A stretch of 64,000 nucleotides of DNA. Origin: the human T2T-CHM13v2.0 reference genome, Homo sapiens. The notes beneath the pieces were generated by a model. That model ran no database searches and was not told where the DNA came from. It saw only the letters and a list, made by a program, of their open reading frames with translations. The stretch's first letter is position 1, and each line of letters opens with the position of its first letter. The stretch lies in NCBI RefSeq assembly GCF_009914755.1, contig NC_060925.1; one strand, given 5' to 3'. Positions 26,990 through 40,918 of this stretch are shown here, one piece after another. Both the position numbers and the translations under genes were made by a program.

Positions 26990-28135
26990 TCATCTTTTTG
27001 CCATTCTTTTTTTCTCTATGAATTTCTTTTTGAATATTTTATATTGTTGTCTCCAACTATGTCTCCAAGTTTAGTCTTTTCTTCTGCAATATATAATCTG
27101 CTGTTAATCCCATCAAATTAATTTTATTTTAGATAGTACAATTTTTATTCCTGAAAGTTTAATTTGTATCTTTTCCTTTTCTTTTTACTATAGCCTACAT
27201 ATTTATTAACTTAAAATTTTAATCTTCCTCTAGTTTATTGAACATATGATAACAGTTACAATAATAGTTTTAATGACTTGTCTACTAATTGTGTAATCTG
27301 CGCTATTTCTTGGTCAGTTTAGATGGATTTATTTTCTCTTTATTATGGGTTATATTTTCTAGCTTCTTTGGATATCAGGTAATTTTTGATTGGATAACAG
27401 ATATCTTGAGTGTGAATTTTTGTGTGATGTATGTTTCTGTATTCCTAACAGTATTCTTGAACTTTGTATTGCAAAGAGGTTGAGTTACTGGGAAACAGTT
27501 TAATAATTTTGGATCTTGCTTATAAGTTTTCTTAGAGGGATCAAAGTAGTCTAAGTCTAATTTTGCTACAATACAGGGACAGATGTTTTTGAGCACTCTC
27601 TCTGATGTTCCATAAGTTACAAAGTTTTCTACTCTGGCTGATGGGAACAGGCATTTTTCCTGGCTCTGTGTGTGGTTAAGTAATTATTACCTCTAATCTT
27701 TTCCGGTATTTATTTCCCTGGCCCCTGCTCCTTCCCTTAATCACAGATACAGATCACTACTTAACTAAGAATTTAAAGATTTCAGGTGTTCTGTCTCTGT
27801 ATAGCTCCATCTTCCTTAGGACTCAACACTGAGAATTCTAGCTGCCTTAGTCAAACTATACTTCCAGCCCCATTTTTTCAGCTCAGGGAGACTGCCAAGT
27901 TTATTTAGGTTCCCTGTCCCTATGCTGTGGCCCAGATACTCTTCCCAGGCAGTAATCTTGGAAAATCATAGGGTTTAACTCATTTGCTTCCTGTCTCTGA
28001 GGTTTCCTTGTCCTTTGTTGTCTCATATTTAATGTCTTGAAATCTGTTCATATATTGTGTCTGGTATTTTATTTGTTTCAAGGGGCGGGTAAATCTAATC
28101 CTTGTTATTCCAACTTGTCTAGAAGAATAATTCTC
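26990..28135 (-). mobile_element. Second ancient L1M 5'-end/ORF1-start fragment in tandem
   Basis: 27120-27460 parallels 26400-26690; ends 'gggtaaatctaatccttgttattccaacttgtctagaagaataattc', like the L1 5' terminus at 26926-26985. Confidence 0.65.
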
Positions 28136-28605
28136 ACAATGTTATCTTGACCAGAAGTCAGAGAGAAATTGAATATGCCAAAAATTATTGAGTTATAATG
28201 TAGAGATTGAAGCCACGTATTAAACAAAGATTATAGAGTTGAGTAAGGCTTTGCTCCTTGGAAGTAGAATAAGAGGAATTGTAGATTCTTTTCATGCTTT
28301 AGAACATGGTCCCTGCTGATGGTAGAGAGAAATGAGCCAACTGTAAAACCATCCAATCCAATCACCAAGGTCAACTATTAGCTATGCCAATGTTCTTGTT
28401 CACAAGATTATATTGCCCCTCTGGCTTTGTTAGAAAGCTCTGAGAACCCACTGACTGGCAACTCCATATGATGCTGTATAGCTCTGGAATACTAGAAAAC
28501 CACAGTGACAGACAACATGGTCCAGTCTGGGTCACTCGGAGATAGATGGCTTGGATAGCCTTTAGACAAAACTGATTCAGCTTTCGGCATTGTAAGCCAA
28601 AATTT

Positions 28606-28866
28606 GTATTACCTTCCTAGTGCTGCTGTAACAAATTAGCACAAACTTGGTAATTATCACAAGCAGAAATATATTCTCTCACACTTCTGGAGGCTAGGAG
28701 TCTAAAATCAAGGTGTCAAAAGGGTCATGCTCCCTCTGAATGCTCTGGGAAAGAGCTCTTCCTTACGTTTTTTAGCTCCCGGTAGCACCTGGCCTTCCTT
28801 AGCTTATGACAGCAGTAGCAATGCTCCAGTCTCTGCCCCTATCTTCACATGGCCTTCTTCCCTGTG
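28606..28866 (-). mobile_element. MLT1B/C MaLR LTR fragment
   Basis: 'tgctgctgtaacaaattagcacaaacttgg...ttctggaggctaggagtctaaaatcaaggtgtc...cttcacatggccttct'. Confidence 0.85.
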
Positions 28867-29019
28867 GAATGGTTGTTATTCCATATTCTGATCTATTCAC
28901 ATTGCTGCAGTCTTGAACATTTTGCCCCCAGTTCCTTCCTGACACCCTTCTTAGCTCTCCCACTCCCCGTCCTCTGCCACACATGTCAGTAATCTTACTG
29001 AAGTGCATTTTTAGGGAAT

Positions 29020-29250
29020 TTTTAGTTATGAGCATAAAGTCTGGATCCAGGCTGTCTAGGCACAATCACAGCTCTATTGTGTAACAGTTGTGTAACTTTG
29101 AGTAAGCTTTAAAACATATTTTCTTCTCTGGAAAATAAGGATAACAATAACACACCTATCTCAAATGGCTATTCTAAGGATTTACTGAGCTAATATGTAC
29201 ATAAAGTACTTAGAGCAGTAAGTGTCATATAAATGTTAGTTCTTGTTATT
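29020..29250 (+). mobile_element. MIR SINE
   Basis: 'gtctggatccaggctgtctagg...tgtgtaactttgagtaag...acctatctcaaatggctattctaagg'. Confidence 0.75.
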
Positions 29251-29791
29251 GAAAAAGATCACTAGGATTCCTTGTCAGCAGGCTGGGACAATCATAAGGC
29301 ATACTCAGTTTTCCTTCCTGTCTCTGAGGTTCCCCTGTCCTTTGTTGCATAATAGTCAATGCTTTGAAAATAATCATTTTATATATTTTCCCTGTTACTT
29401 TGTTTCAAATAATGGAGGATAAATCTACTTTCTGAACCTTTAAGCTGTCTGAAAGCAGAAGTCTCACACTGCTATCTTAAATAAATGTCAGGAAAGCAAG
29501 TTAATCCTTATAAGAAGCTGGATGTCTGCAGTACATAGAAACGGAGAGGGTTAAACAGAGCAGGGTTCTAAACTGAAAAATTTCTTTGTATACCTGCCTG
29601 GACTCAATTTTTAAATTGCTTTCAGCCAAAGACCCAATGAATTATGGCAGCAGCGTGACCTCTTCCAGGATGCAAATAGATATCAGAGCCCACATCTCAT
29701 AAACTCTCCCTTCATGCTGATCTGACATTACACCACAGGAACAATGAAAAATTTTATGCCAGACACCCTTTTCTCTGTAGGTACCATCACA

Positions 29792-31370
29792 TTATTCATT
29801 CATTCATTCACTCGGAATAAAGTTGTTACATGGAAAGTGGTAGGAAGTGGCTGGGTCCTAGATATATTTTGGAAATATTTTTGATATGGCACACTGATGT
29901 TTTAAATGTGGGGTGTGAAGGGAAAAAGAGCAATCAAGGACAAAGATTGAGTTTCATGCCTAACTAACTGAGTGAACAATGTTGTCATTTGCTAAAATGG
30001 GGAAGAATAGGGAGGTGCAGACTTGTTAGATGAGGGTGAAAGGAAAACAAGAGCTGTGTTTTGATCATATCATGTTTGAGATACCGATTAGTCATTTAAG
30101 AGGTATGGTGCCAAATAAGCACTTGGATTTACAACTTCAATAGAGAGGTCCAGGCTGGAGATACAGTTTCAAGAGTCCTGAACATATGGTATTCACAACA
30201 CACAGACCCTTCAGAGCCTTGAAGTGCTACAATATTTAAGGATGTTGCAGAGAAAGAAATACCAGTTAAAGGATTGAGAAGGTAGGGAGGTCAGAGGAAA
30301 ATTGGGTGAATGCCATACGCTGGAGGCCTAGAGAAAAGATGTGTGAAGAAGGAGGTTGTGATCAACTGAGTGGAATACTGGGTAGAATCTGAATGAGATA
30401 AGCAGAGCAAGCTGCCTATTGGATTAGGGCAAGATGGAAGTTAGTGGTTAACTCTAAAGATCTCTGTTTCAGGGCTCAGAGATGGGAAACAAAGCCCAGC
30501 GGAAGTGGCATAAAGAGGAAATGGAATGTGAGAAAGTAGAGGCAGCAACTGCCCTCCTAAGAAGTGCAACTTCTTACAACTTTTCTCAGGCATTTTGCTG
30601 TGCATGGAAGCAAAGAATTGAGATGAAACCGGCTGGAGATTCAGACTTACGGGGAGAGTTTTTTGAGGATCTTTCTTCCTTAGAAAGATGATATTTTTGC
30701 ATGATGTTAAGGTTTATATCCTGATAGTAATGATCTAATAGGAAGAAATTGATGGTGCAAGAGCAAAAGGAGATATTTTCAGAGTGGGAGAAGTATTTGA
30801 GTAAGTGAGAAAGAATGGACTCCAAGGTGTGAGCAGGGACGCTTTTTTGTGGTAAGAAGGCAGAACCTATGAGGATGAGATCAGGCAGGCTGATGGGTTG
30901 GCTAATGGGGAATGAGGTAGCAATCATGTTTCTATCCATGTTCCCTAGGAAGAAAGATGCAGTCACATGTTAAAAATTGGGTTTGAAACAGAAAGCATGT
31001 TGGAGAAAAGAGGTGTGAAATAATCTTTTTGGAAAAGAAACAAGTGAATTTATTTAGCTACTAGTAGAATTGCCTGACAGTTCTGTGTACCCAAATTGAT
31101 AATGCTAATTAAAAGGAAATCACACCTCTGTGCATGTGGAAGGGGGTGTTTGTGCATGTGTGTGTGTATGTGTGTGTGTGCACGCGTGCATTTATGTGTT
31201 TCACTCCAGCAACATTCAGCTGCTTAGGTGCTGGTGCAATGAACCAGGTACTTACAATAGACGCAGCAAAAGGCAAAGGAGTTGAGGTTAATGGAAAGGG
31301 AGTGGCTATGGTGTCACAGTATGGAATCCATGCTGAGTAAATTGGAAAATAAGGACATAAGAAGGTCTAA
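29792..31370 (-). mobile_element. Long L2 LINE fragment(s), with (TG)n at about 31150-31190
   Basis: (ATTC)n tail, then 'tgtggggtgtgaagggaaaaagagcaatcaagga', 'gagaggtccaggctggagataca', 'ggaggttgtgatcaactg'. Confidence 0.75.
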
Positions 31371-32409
31371 GTAACTTTAATATATGATAGTCAAGGAAAC
31401 TCTGCTCTAGCCCACACTACTCTTTTGGAGAAAGCTAAGAGTCAGTTCTACATACTTTGTCCCTCAGGGACACAGAATTTACCACTATTCCTGCTTCACT
31501 CCATCAGCTTGTATTAATTGAATCTGCTCTGCATCAGGGGCTGTGCCTGAGACCAAGGAAGGGAAATTTAAAAATTAAAAGGATGCTTTTCCTGCCCTTG
31601 AAGTTCAAAGTTTTATTCCTAAGAAAACCTGATTCTCTAGGCCGATCCCATGTCTCTCTTCTCTTGCACCCTTGCCTTGCTCTCCTGGGGAGGAAAGATT
31701 TCCCAAGGGCTGACACATGTCTCCTGCTCATGCCAGTGACATGAGAACCCCTCTGACTGACATGTCAGTGGCTTCAAAACGGAAGAGGTGTATAGCAAGC
31801 AGTCGAGACAGCAAAGTGTAAGCTCAGCGGTTAGAAGACACAACCTTCAGTTCTGAATCTGCCTCTGGCTAAGAGTGTGCCACATCTGGACCTCAGTTCC
31901 AGCACTTGTAAAATTAAGAAATTAAACAGGAGATACGAGATCTCTTCTAGGCCTAGTATTTTGCAAACTAGGTCTCTGGAAGCCTTTGTAAATGTATGTT
32001 TCATGTAAGTCTCCATTTCTGCTAAAACGTCTAGAATTTAGTCTAAGTTGTCAAAAATGTTCTCAAAGAGTGAAGGAGTTGACCTGATGTGGTCTGGGAA
32101 GTTAACAATTATTCTGTAGCAGGAATTCATTGATTCAGTGAAAATCTGTTCCATTCACTACTACCTAGAAGAATGTAGGATACTGAGGCCAGAACCTCTT
32201 TGGCTATGAAGGCCTCATTGAAACTCCTTGGCTATGCAGCCCGCGTTTTGATGAAGAGGAAGATTTTGTTACCATTGAGCACTGTTGAGAGAGATTGTGT
32301 GTGTGTGTGTGTTTGTGTGTTTGTATGTTTGTTTTGAGTGAATTGAGCAGCAGGAGAAAGCATAAAAATGGAGGAAGAGGACTGACTACCCACAGACTCA
32401 CCATTTAAA

Positions 32410-32570
32410 AAATAGAGGAGGTCTTAGAGATTTTATAACTCATCCATGAGAGTGAGAAAACTAAGGCCCAGAGGAGCAAGCATAGGCCAACTCACTCATC
32501 TCTGGAGCAGCAGAGCCAAGCCTAGAAGGCATATGTTCAGACTCCCAGTTTAGTGCTCTCTCTCTATAGT
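32410..32570 (-). mobile_element. MIR3-like fragment (similar fragments at about 31820-31960, 33680-33850 and 10810-10900)
   Basis: 'ggtcttagagatt...tgagaaaactaaggcccagagg...ttcagactcccagtttagtgctct'. Confidence 0.6.
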
Positions 32571-34103
32571 TAACTATTCTTTAAAAAATAGTTACATATT
32601 TCTCCTCTCCAGTTTCAATGATTGCATAATTGCCTCTCCAATTCACAATTCTGCACCAGGCATGCTAGTGGTGTGTTATGTTGTGTGAACAAATAAGTGG
32701 AAAATGTATTTTGATCATAGAAGTACAGCAGGTGACAGTTCATGGATTTGGGGTTAAAAATAATATAATCTCTGTGACCTTGGGGAATAGAGCCAGTGAT
32801 GCTTCCCTGAGCTCCTACATCACTAAGAACCAAATCATCCATTCTAAACAGGCCTTTTTTTGCTTGTGACTATGATATCTGCTGCTACTAAAGCAGGAGG
32901 CCTAGAATTTCCCTAACAAGGAGGCCCCTACTGCCTTAAAGTCTGAGGGACTCCTGGTTTACATTTAGGGCTGCCCAGGCCCCAGTGTCCCCCTATTCGG
33001 CTATCCTCACAAACAGCACTTCCCTACTTTCTTTCTTTCTTTTGGCCAGGAGGTGGCTCTGTAATACATGTTGGGATTAGATACCAAGGAGCCTAGCAAT
33101 AAAGTCCCTGAAAAATCTATGATCAATACTAGTTAAGAAAGGAAAACAGATGTTCTTTTGCTTATGTAGATGAGATGCTTGAATGTTCACTAACATACAT
33201 ATGCAAATACAGAATAAATGGATTTCCAAAACTCAGTAGCTCCAAAGGACTCTGGAAGACAATAGTCCAAATTTACCACCAGTGTGGATACATGGATCAG
33301 GGGAAGCACTGCTGATTTGCTGAACAAAAGACAGGGTCAAATTTCAAGCACAACAAGCACAGCTCTAAATAGGATAAACACACGGGAGAGAAAATGCATA
33401 GTAGGAGGGTAGAGATGAGATAATCCAGGGGGTCCTGCTGACTGATATTCAGCGCAAAAAGGAGGAGGGAGTCCTGATGGGAAGCCAGCAGAAACAAAGG
33501 CAAAAGGATCAGCATCCCCAGGAAAGGGGAAAAGGCAATTGTGTTGATCAAATGTAATCTGGTTCCTGACATTGCTGATGCTTCATTCATGAGAAGTAGC
33601 TTCAGTCAGGAATCTGCCCTCCCTCCATCCACCGTACGTATGCACACATTTAGAAAGTCTTAGTATAAATATCAGTAAGTCTTAAACTCATAGAACATTG
33701 GAGCAGAAAGGGTCACGGGATCACTTAATTTGTTCATTTTCCAGATGGGGGCACTAAGCCAGGCAGAGACCACAGACTTTGCCCCAACCTTAGTTTTAGG
33801 TGAAATGGGCTTTCAAGACCATGAGCACTTTGAACCCGGTGATAGCAGCTCTCCTCCCACAATGCTTTTCTTTCTTAGCCCAAAGAGTTTCAAACCAACC
33901 ATCACATGCATGGGATGCATCCCATGCCTGTGTTGGATCTATTTCTTTTGACTGCTGCTTAGTCTACAAGTGAGATAGGAGACAATGCTCATGACCAGGT
34001 AGCTAGTTACTGGGATGTGCTTTGTTGACCCTTCTTAATCTGTCTACATAGTATGCATTCTAAAGGGGCAGATTCAGCACATGTTCCCAGGAAGTAATAG
34101 TTC

Positions 34104-34521
34104 TTTTTTTTTTTTTTTTTAACTTTTAAGTTCAGGGGTACAAATGAAGGCTTGCTACATAGGTAAACTTGTGTCATGGGGATTTGTTGTACAGATTATT
34201 TCATCACCCAGGTATTAAGCCAAGTACCCATTAGTTATTTTTTCTGATCCTCTCCGTCCTCCCACCCTCACCCTCTGATAGGCCCCAGTGTGTGGTCTCA
34301 TCATTTAGTTTCTACTTATAAATGAGAACATGTGGTATTTGGTTTTCTGTTTCTGTGTTAGTTTGCAAAGGATAATGGTCTCCAGCTCCATCTATGCCCC
34401 TGGAAAGGACATGATCTCATTCTTTTTTATGGCTGCGTAGTATTCCATGGTGTATATATACCACATTTTCTATATCCAGTCTATCATCGTTGGGCATTTA
34501 GGTTGATTTCATGTCTTTGCA
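34104..34521 (-). mobile_element. L1PA13-16-like 3' end
   Basis: poly(T) then 'aagttcaggggtaca...ataggtaaacttgtgtcatgggg...catcacccaggtattaagcc...tatggctgcgtagtattccatggtg'. Confidence 0.9.
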
Positions 34522-34586
34522 TATTTCAACCACCACAGCCTCAGAGTCTTTGTTCCACTAACCTCCTATGGCCAAAATACGGATAT

Positions 34587-34757
34587 CAGTGGTTTGTAAA
34601 TACCAGGCTCTGCATCTACTGTAATAGAATCACTTGGAAGGAAACTTTTTCAAATCAATATTAATGAGTCCGACTCTCAGATATTCTGACACTGTAGAAC
34701 TGAGTTGGAGTAGAGCTCAGGGCTTTGTATTTTTTCAAAATTTCCATAGGTAATACT
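34587..34757. mobile_element. MER5-type hAT-Charlie MITE
   Basis: 'cagtggttt...agaatcacttggaag...cagatattctga...tgtattttttcaaaatttccataggtaat'. Confidence 0.55.
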
Positions 34758-37700
34758 TCTTTTTTTCTACAATTAATTAAAATAAAAATTAAGGTTTATT
34801 GTCTGTTTACTTAGTGTCAAATACGCTATGTATATTATCTCATTTAATCACTCCTAATAGTCTCAAGAGGAAGATGCCATCATCTTTTGACACAAACATT
34901 TCCCAAGGTCACACAGTTATTGAGTGGCAGGACTAGGCTGGGATCCTTTTGCTATTAATATCACCGTGTGACCTTCAGCAAATTAGCTAATCTCTTTAAG
35001 TTCATTTGTTTCCTCTGGAAAGTAAAGATAGAAACAATTTCCATTTTATGGGTCTTTTGTACACAGTGAGTAAGTGTTTAGGACCTTAACATACAGAAAG
35101 CATTCATTCATTCTTGTGTAGTGGTATTGTTTTGGGTGGGATGGGAAAAATCATCATTGCATGGAACTTTTTTTTTAAAAGGAAGCTTATGGTGTAATTG
35201 AACTATTATACAATGTATGTTGTCTAGATTCAAAAGAAGCTCTCTATCACGAACATTTTACTGTTTACAGTTAATAAAGCATTTTCACTTTAAATTTCTC
35301 ATTGGCTTTCAGGATATTAGGAAGTGTTACTTTTTTTCTCCATTTGGAAAAATAAATAAAAACAAAAATTGTAGAACTTAACTGCCCTGAGTTTTTTATT
35401 AGGTCCATTCTGATTTATCAGAGGTTCTAACCTTATAAGTCTGTGAATTTTTTGTTTTTATCAAAAATCCAAGATGTTATTTATTTTTGTTTAAAGCAAA
35501 AAATCTATCCCCTATCTTGCCCCTCTGTCCTGTCACCCCTTCCCCAGCCTCCTCGAGAAAATACGTAGGAATTAGTCAAGGTGCATTAGTCAAGAAGCCT
35601 CCCTTGGGAGAGGAGTTCTTGTTGGACTGTGTGAGTAAGTTTGGAATTTTCATTTTATCCTAAGGTCAATTTGCCCACCCCAGGAATGACATTACTTTGA
35701 TGAAATGTCCTGGTATAAGATAGATAGGTGGTGTGGTTTGACAGGAATGAGACATTAAAGATGGAAGATACGGTACAAAACAGATCATTTCATTCACCCA
35801 GCCCTAACAGTGGACACCCAGAATGATCTGTCTCCTCCGGGCCACTTCTTTCCTTTCCTTGGGAAAGCCCCTGTATCATTGTAGATTTCTCTCTATCTGT
35901 CGTTTCACTGATGTTCAGTCTAAGAGGTTCCTTTCTGTATTTCATCCCAGTTTTCTCAATACTTTGCTCCATTTCTCTTTTCCCAGACTAATTTAAGGAC
36001 ATTACATTTCATATTTTGCAGTCTCTCATTAATCTTCCATAAATGCTGATATATTTCTCCTTTAATTCCTCCTAAACTTTATATATCTTTCAGAAATGTG
36101 GCCCATTTAGCTTTTAGTGCCTCAGTGGTAAAACATTCTCTTTAGCAAAATGTATTTTAGAATTTTGCATTTGACAGTAAGAAATGTTTTCTTGATGGCA
36201 AAGCCTAAAAGCCAGATCAGTGTAGGTCGAACTGCATTGCTAAAGCCACTGACTCAGGTCTTTGTTCTTTAGGCTGCTTGGTTCCAGGGGCTTCATGCAG
36301 AGAAACACAGGTAGACTTCTTTGAGAATGGGAGAATGAGGGGAAGGAAGGAGAGTATGGGAAGCCTCACGTGCTCTTTGTCCAAAGCACAGGGAACATTC
36401 TGTTTCCCTGTACCTTGAGCTCTTCTCAGCTATAAGAACCTATCTAACCAATAAATTAGTATTAAAAGAATCAGAACCATGACACCGTTTTAATAAAGCT
36501 TAATTTATATGGATGTCTGGTTTAATTTAGTCAATGCCTTTCCACTCATGGTCTGTGTCTCTGCACCTCCCCCATGCCTTCCTTTGTCTTCTTAGTCATT
36601 TGGTTGATTTCCACCAGCTGTGGGTTAACCCACTCCCCTGGACTTCTAATTGCCAGCTGCTACTTTCTCCCAGACCAGGCCTCCCAGGGTTCTCGTTCTA
36701 GGGCAAGTGCTGAATGCCCTGCCTGAGTCCTGTGGAGGAGTTCACAGTTGTGTTCACAGAGTCCACAGACAGATCCATGAACGTTTTCACCCTTGTGGTT
36801 TCATTGTGCAAAAGAATCTCATTCAAATGTAAATTTGTGTTTCCACTCTGAAACCAATATATATTTTTGTGTCTTTTTTTAATGTGAAGATTTAAGCTAC
36901 TCTAAAATTGCATTTCATTTCTGTGCCTGGTTGCCCAGCCTGTGTAACAGGGTTCTTCGGTATAAGTTGTATTTTCTGCACATTGCCTCTGAGTTCATTT
37001 CTTACACTGAATTACTGTGCCTTGATAGGCAATCACCAGGGTTTTTCTTTTGAGACTCATAAGATATTTCGACATGGGATTTTCATGATATTAAAATTTT
37101 TTTATGATGAAATATATCATCCACAAAGAAGAAAGTATATAACATATATTTAGAATTTAAAGAAAAATATCGAAATGAACTTATGTACCAGTAAGACTGC
37201 ATACAAAATAGAATACCAGGAACTCTTAGCATTCTACATGCCCTTTGCAAATCACACTCCCTCTCACCCTGCTTGGGTTAACCACAGTCTGAATTTTGTG
37301 TTAATAACTCTTCTTGTCATTGCTTTTACACATGTATGTCTCCCTAAACAATAAATTATTTACTTTTTTCTGTTTTTGATTCTTATGTAAATAAAATCAT
37401 GCTTATATATTTTGCAGTTTCAATATTTTGCTTGATATTATGTTTTTGAGATTCATTAAAACTATTACAAGTAGCTATATTCACTCATTTTTACTGTATA
37501 CTATTGCCTGGTTTTTATATACCAGAATTAATTAATTAATTTTTTATTACAAACATTGCTTTTCTGAACATTCTTGTAGGTGTCTCCTGGAGTAGAATTG
37601 CTAGGTTCTAGGGTCTACACATCCTCAACTTTTCTAGATTATTTTCCTAAGTAATTGTGCCAATTTATCCTCCAATCAACAGAGTATAAAACTTCTCATT

Positions 37701-39936
37701 ACACATTCTTTCCAGGTTTTGTATTGTCATTTTAATTTGTGCTAATCTATTGGTTATATAGTTGTATCTCACTGGGATTTTAATTTACATTTTCCTGATA
37801 ACTAATGAGATTAGTATCTTCTCATATGTTTATTGACCATTGACAGTCTCTCCTCTTGAAAATGCTCGGTCATGACGGTTTGCCAATTTTCCTATTAGTA
37901 TTTTATTTCTTTTCGTATTTTAGTTTTTTGTTTTTGTTTTTTTCTCCTGAACGTAAATCCATTATTATGATATGTGTTGCAAACATTATTTTCCTACTTT
38001 GTGGCTTGCCTCTTTCACTTTCTTTATGGTATCATTTGTTGAAGGCAAACTTTAATTTTAATATAGTTGAATCTATTCATTTTTTAAAATAAATTTTGCT
38101 TTTTGAGTCTAGTTTAACAAATCTTTTCCATTCTAAAGCCACAAAGTCTTCTATATTTAAAAAGTTTTAAATTTTGCCTTTTTCATTAAGGTCATAATCT
38201 TAGCACAACTGATATTTGCAAATAGGAAATATGTATCCAATTTCATATTTTTACATATGGGCCACTAATTTTTTCCATATTACTTATTGAATAGAGTCTA
38301 TTTTATTCACTGATTTTCAAAGCTAGATCTGTCATTTATCAAGTTTCTAAATACATGAGATCTTCATTTGATTGCATTAGTGTATTTACCTGTTTCTATC
38401 CCAAAACTACACTGTCTTATCAGACTTTACAATAATAATTATTGATTACAGCCAGATCCACAACTTTGTCATTCTTCTGCATTAATGTACTGGCTATTTT
38501 TAAAGTTTTATTCTTAGATACAAATAGTAGAATCCGCTTGAAAAATACCTGTAGATAACAGCTTGCTAGGAGAAAACAAACAAAAAACCTGTAGAATTGT
38601 ATTTGAAATTGAATTGAATGTGAAGAAAGATGAATAATTTGGAGAGAATTAGCATCCATAAGTCAGTAAGATGTACCTTTCCATTTATTTATGGTTTCTT
38701 TAATGCATTTCAACATTTTATAATTTTATCCATAAGGTTTTGTCTTGTACAACTTTTAATGTATTTATTCTTTGTATTTGTTATCATAATAAAAGTATAT
38801 ATATATATGTAATGTGTTATAATGTTTTCTTACTCTCTATAGCCATGCAATAGAGTTCTGTAAATTTATCTTATTACTGGAAGCATCGTTAAATTATCTT
38901 AATAATTCTAGTAATTAATCTCAATTTTTGGGGGGTTTCTATGTAGACAATCATATTATCTAAAAATAATAACAATGTAGTTTCCTTTTTCACTATCTTT
39001 GTATCTGTTATGTTTTTTGTAGTCAAATTTAGCTGTCTGTGTTCCAGTACTATGTTGACTAGACATGTTGACAGTAGACTTTTTAAAATCTTGTTTTTAA
39101 TTTGAAAAAAATTGCTTCTAATATTTTACCATGAAATATGGAGTTTGCTATAGTTTTTGGCATATATTTTTTACCAGATGAAGGAAATCACATCTTTTCC
39201 AAATTTTCTATGATTCTATTTTTAAAAATCATGGATATCAGCTAAATTTTACCAAGCTAGTTTTCTGCATCTATTGAGAATATCTTTGCTTTTATTCTCT
39301 TAAAATGGTAAATCATATCAATGAGTTTTCTAATACTGAAGCTATATCGCATTCCTGGAATAAATCTAATTTGTTAATAATGTAATCATCTCTAACATGT
39401 ATTTCTGAATTTGGTTTGCTAATATTATGTTCACAAATTTTTTATCTAAATTTGTGAATAAAGTTGTCATGTAATTTTCATGTCTTCATAATTTGTGTGT
39501 CTCATTGTGAGTTTGTGGCTAGATTAGTCCTGTAGAATGAAATAGGCAATGTTGTCTCTTTTTATAGTCTAAAGAAATATGAAAAATTGCATGAATTTAC
39601 CAATTTCTTCGATGTTTGGTAGAACGCATTTGTAAAATCTTCTGGAGCTGCTGTGTTTTTGATGGGTAGATTGTTAATTAAAAATTCATTTTAATTAATG
39701 GCTATACGCAAGAGTGACAGAAGTTATTGCTGGTGAACTGGATCTGATACTGGACTAGTCAGGAGGGATACCAACCAGTAGCCCTAAAAGAGGATCTGAA
39801 AGTCCCCCTCTGTGCCCAGAATTAACCTTAAGTTGATGGATTATAGAGAGGTTTAAGGAGTGGTCCTGGAGGAGGGGCAAACGTGGCCCGGGAGACACTT
39901 AGGGACCAAGGTAGAGGCTCTTAAAAGTCATGTGTA

Positions 39937-40231
<295 letters not shown>

Positions 40232-40709
40232 TCATGCGTAGATGTTTCACTATTTTACAACCTGTATGATCTGCATTATATTGTAGGAGTGTGTGTGTGC
40301 TGAGTCAGTATAAGATTTTTCTAAAGTGACTTTTTTAGGGGGGATATTTTCTATTTTTCCAATATAATTTCTAATAATTTTATCAATTTATTGGTATAAA
40401 ATTGTCATAATATCTATTTATTATTTATTTAGACTTTGATACATCTGTAGTCATGTTCCCCATTTATTTCTAATACTGTGATACTGTGTTTTGGGACCTT
40501 CTTTTTCTGTCCCTGGCTTTCTCATGTTTTTTTTTCTGTAACTAGTTTTGCAAATGGTTTGTCAATTTTATTAGACTTTACAAGAAACCAGATTTTTGGT
40601 TTTTGATCCTTCCTGTTGTATGTTTGCTTTCTATTTCATTAGTTCAGCTATTACTTTTTTTCTTATCTTTCTTCTTTTGAGTGTTTATATTATTTATTTT
40701 TCTAACTTT

Positions 40710-40918
40710 ATTTTTTTGAGATGAGGTCTCTCTCTGTCACTCAGGCTGGAATACAATGGCATAATCATAGCTCACCGCAGCCTTGAACTTCTGAGCTCAG
40801 GTGATCCTCCTGCCTCAGCCTCCCAAATAGCTGGGACTACAGGTGTGTGCCACCACACCCCCCCAGCTAACTTATTTATTTTTTATAGCAATGGGGTCTT
40901 GCTATGTTGCCCAAGCTA
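40710..40918 (-). mobile_element. AluJ partial (right arm plus part of left arm)
   Basis: 'atcatagctcaccgcagccttgaacttctgagctcagg...gtcttgctatgttgcccaagct'. Confidence 0.85.

Noticed and set aside
35740-36080. Possible L3/CR1 antisense fragment
   Set aside because: Only vague similarity and no diagnostic stretch.
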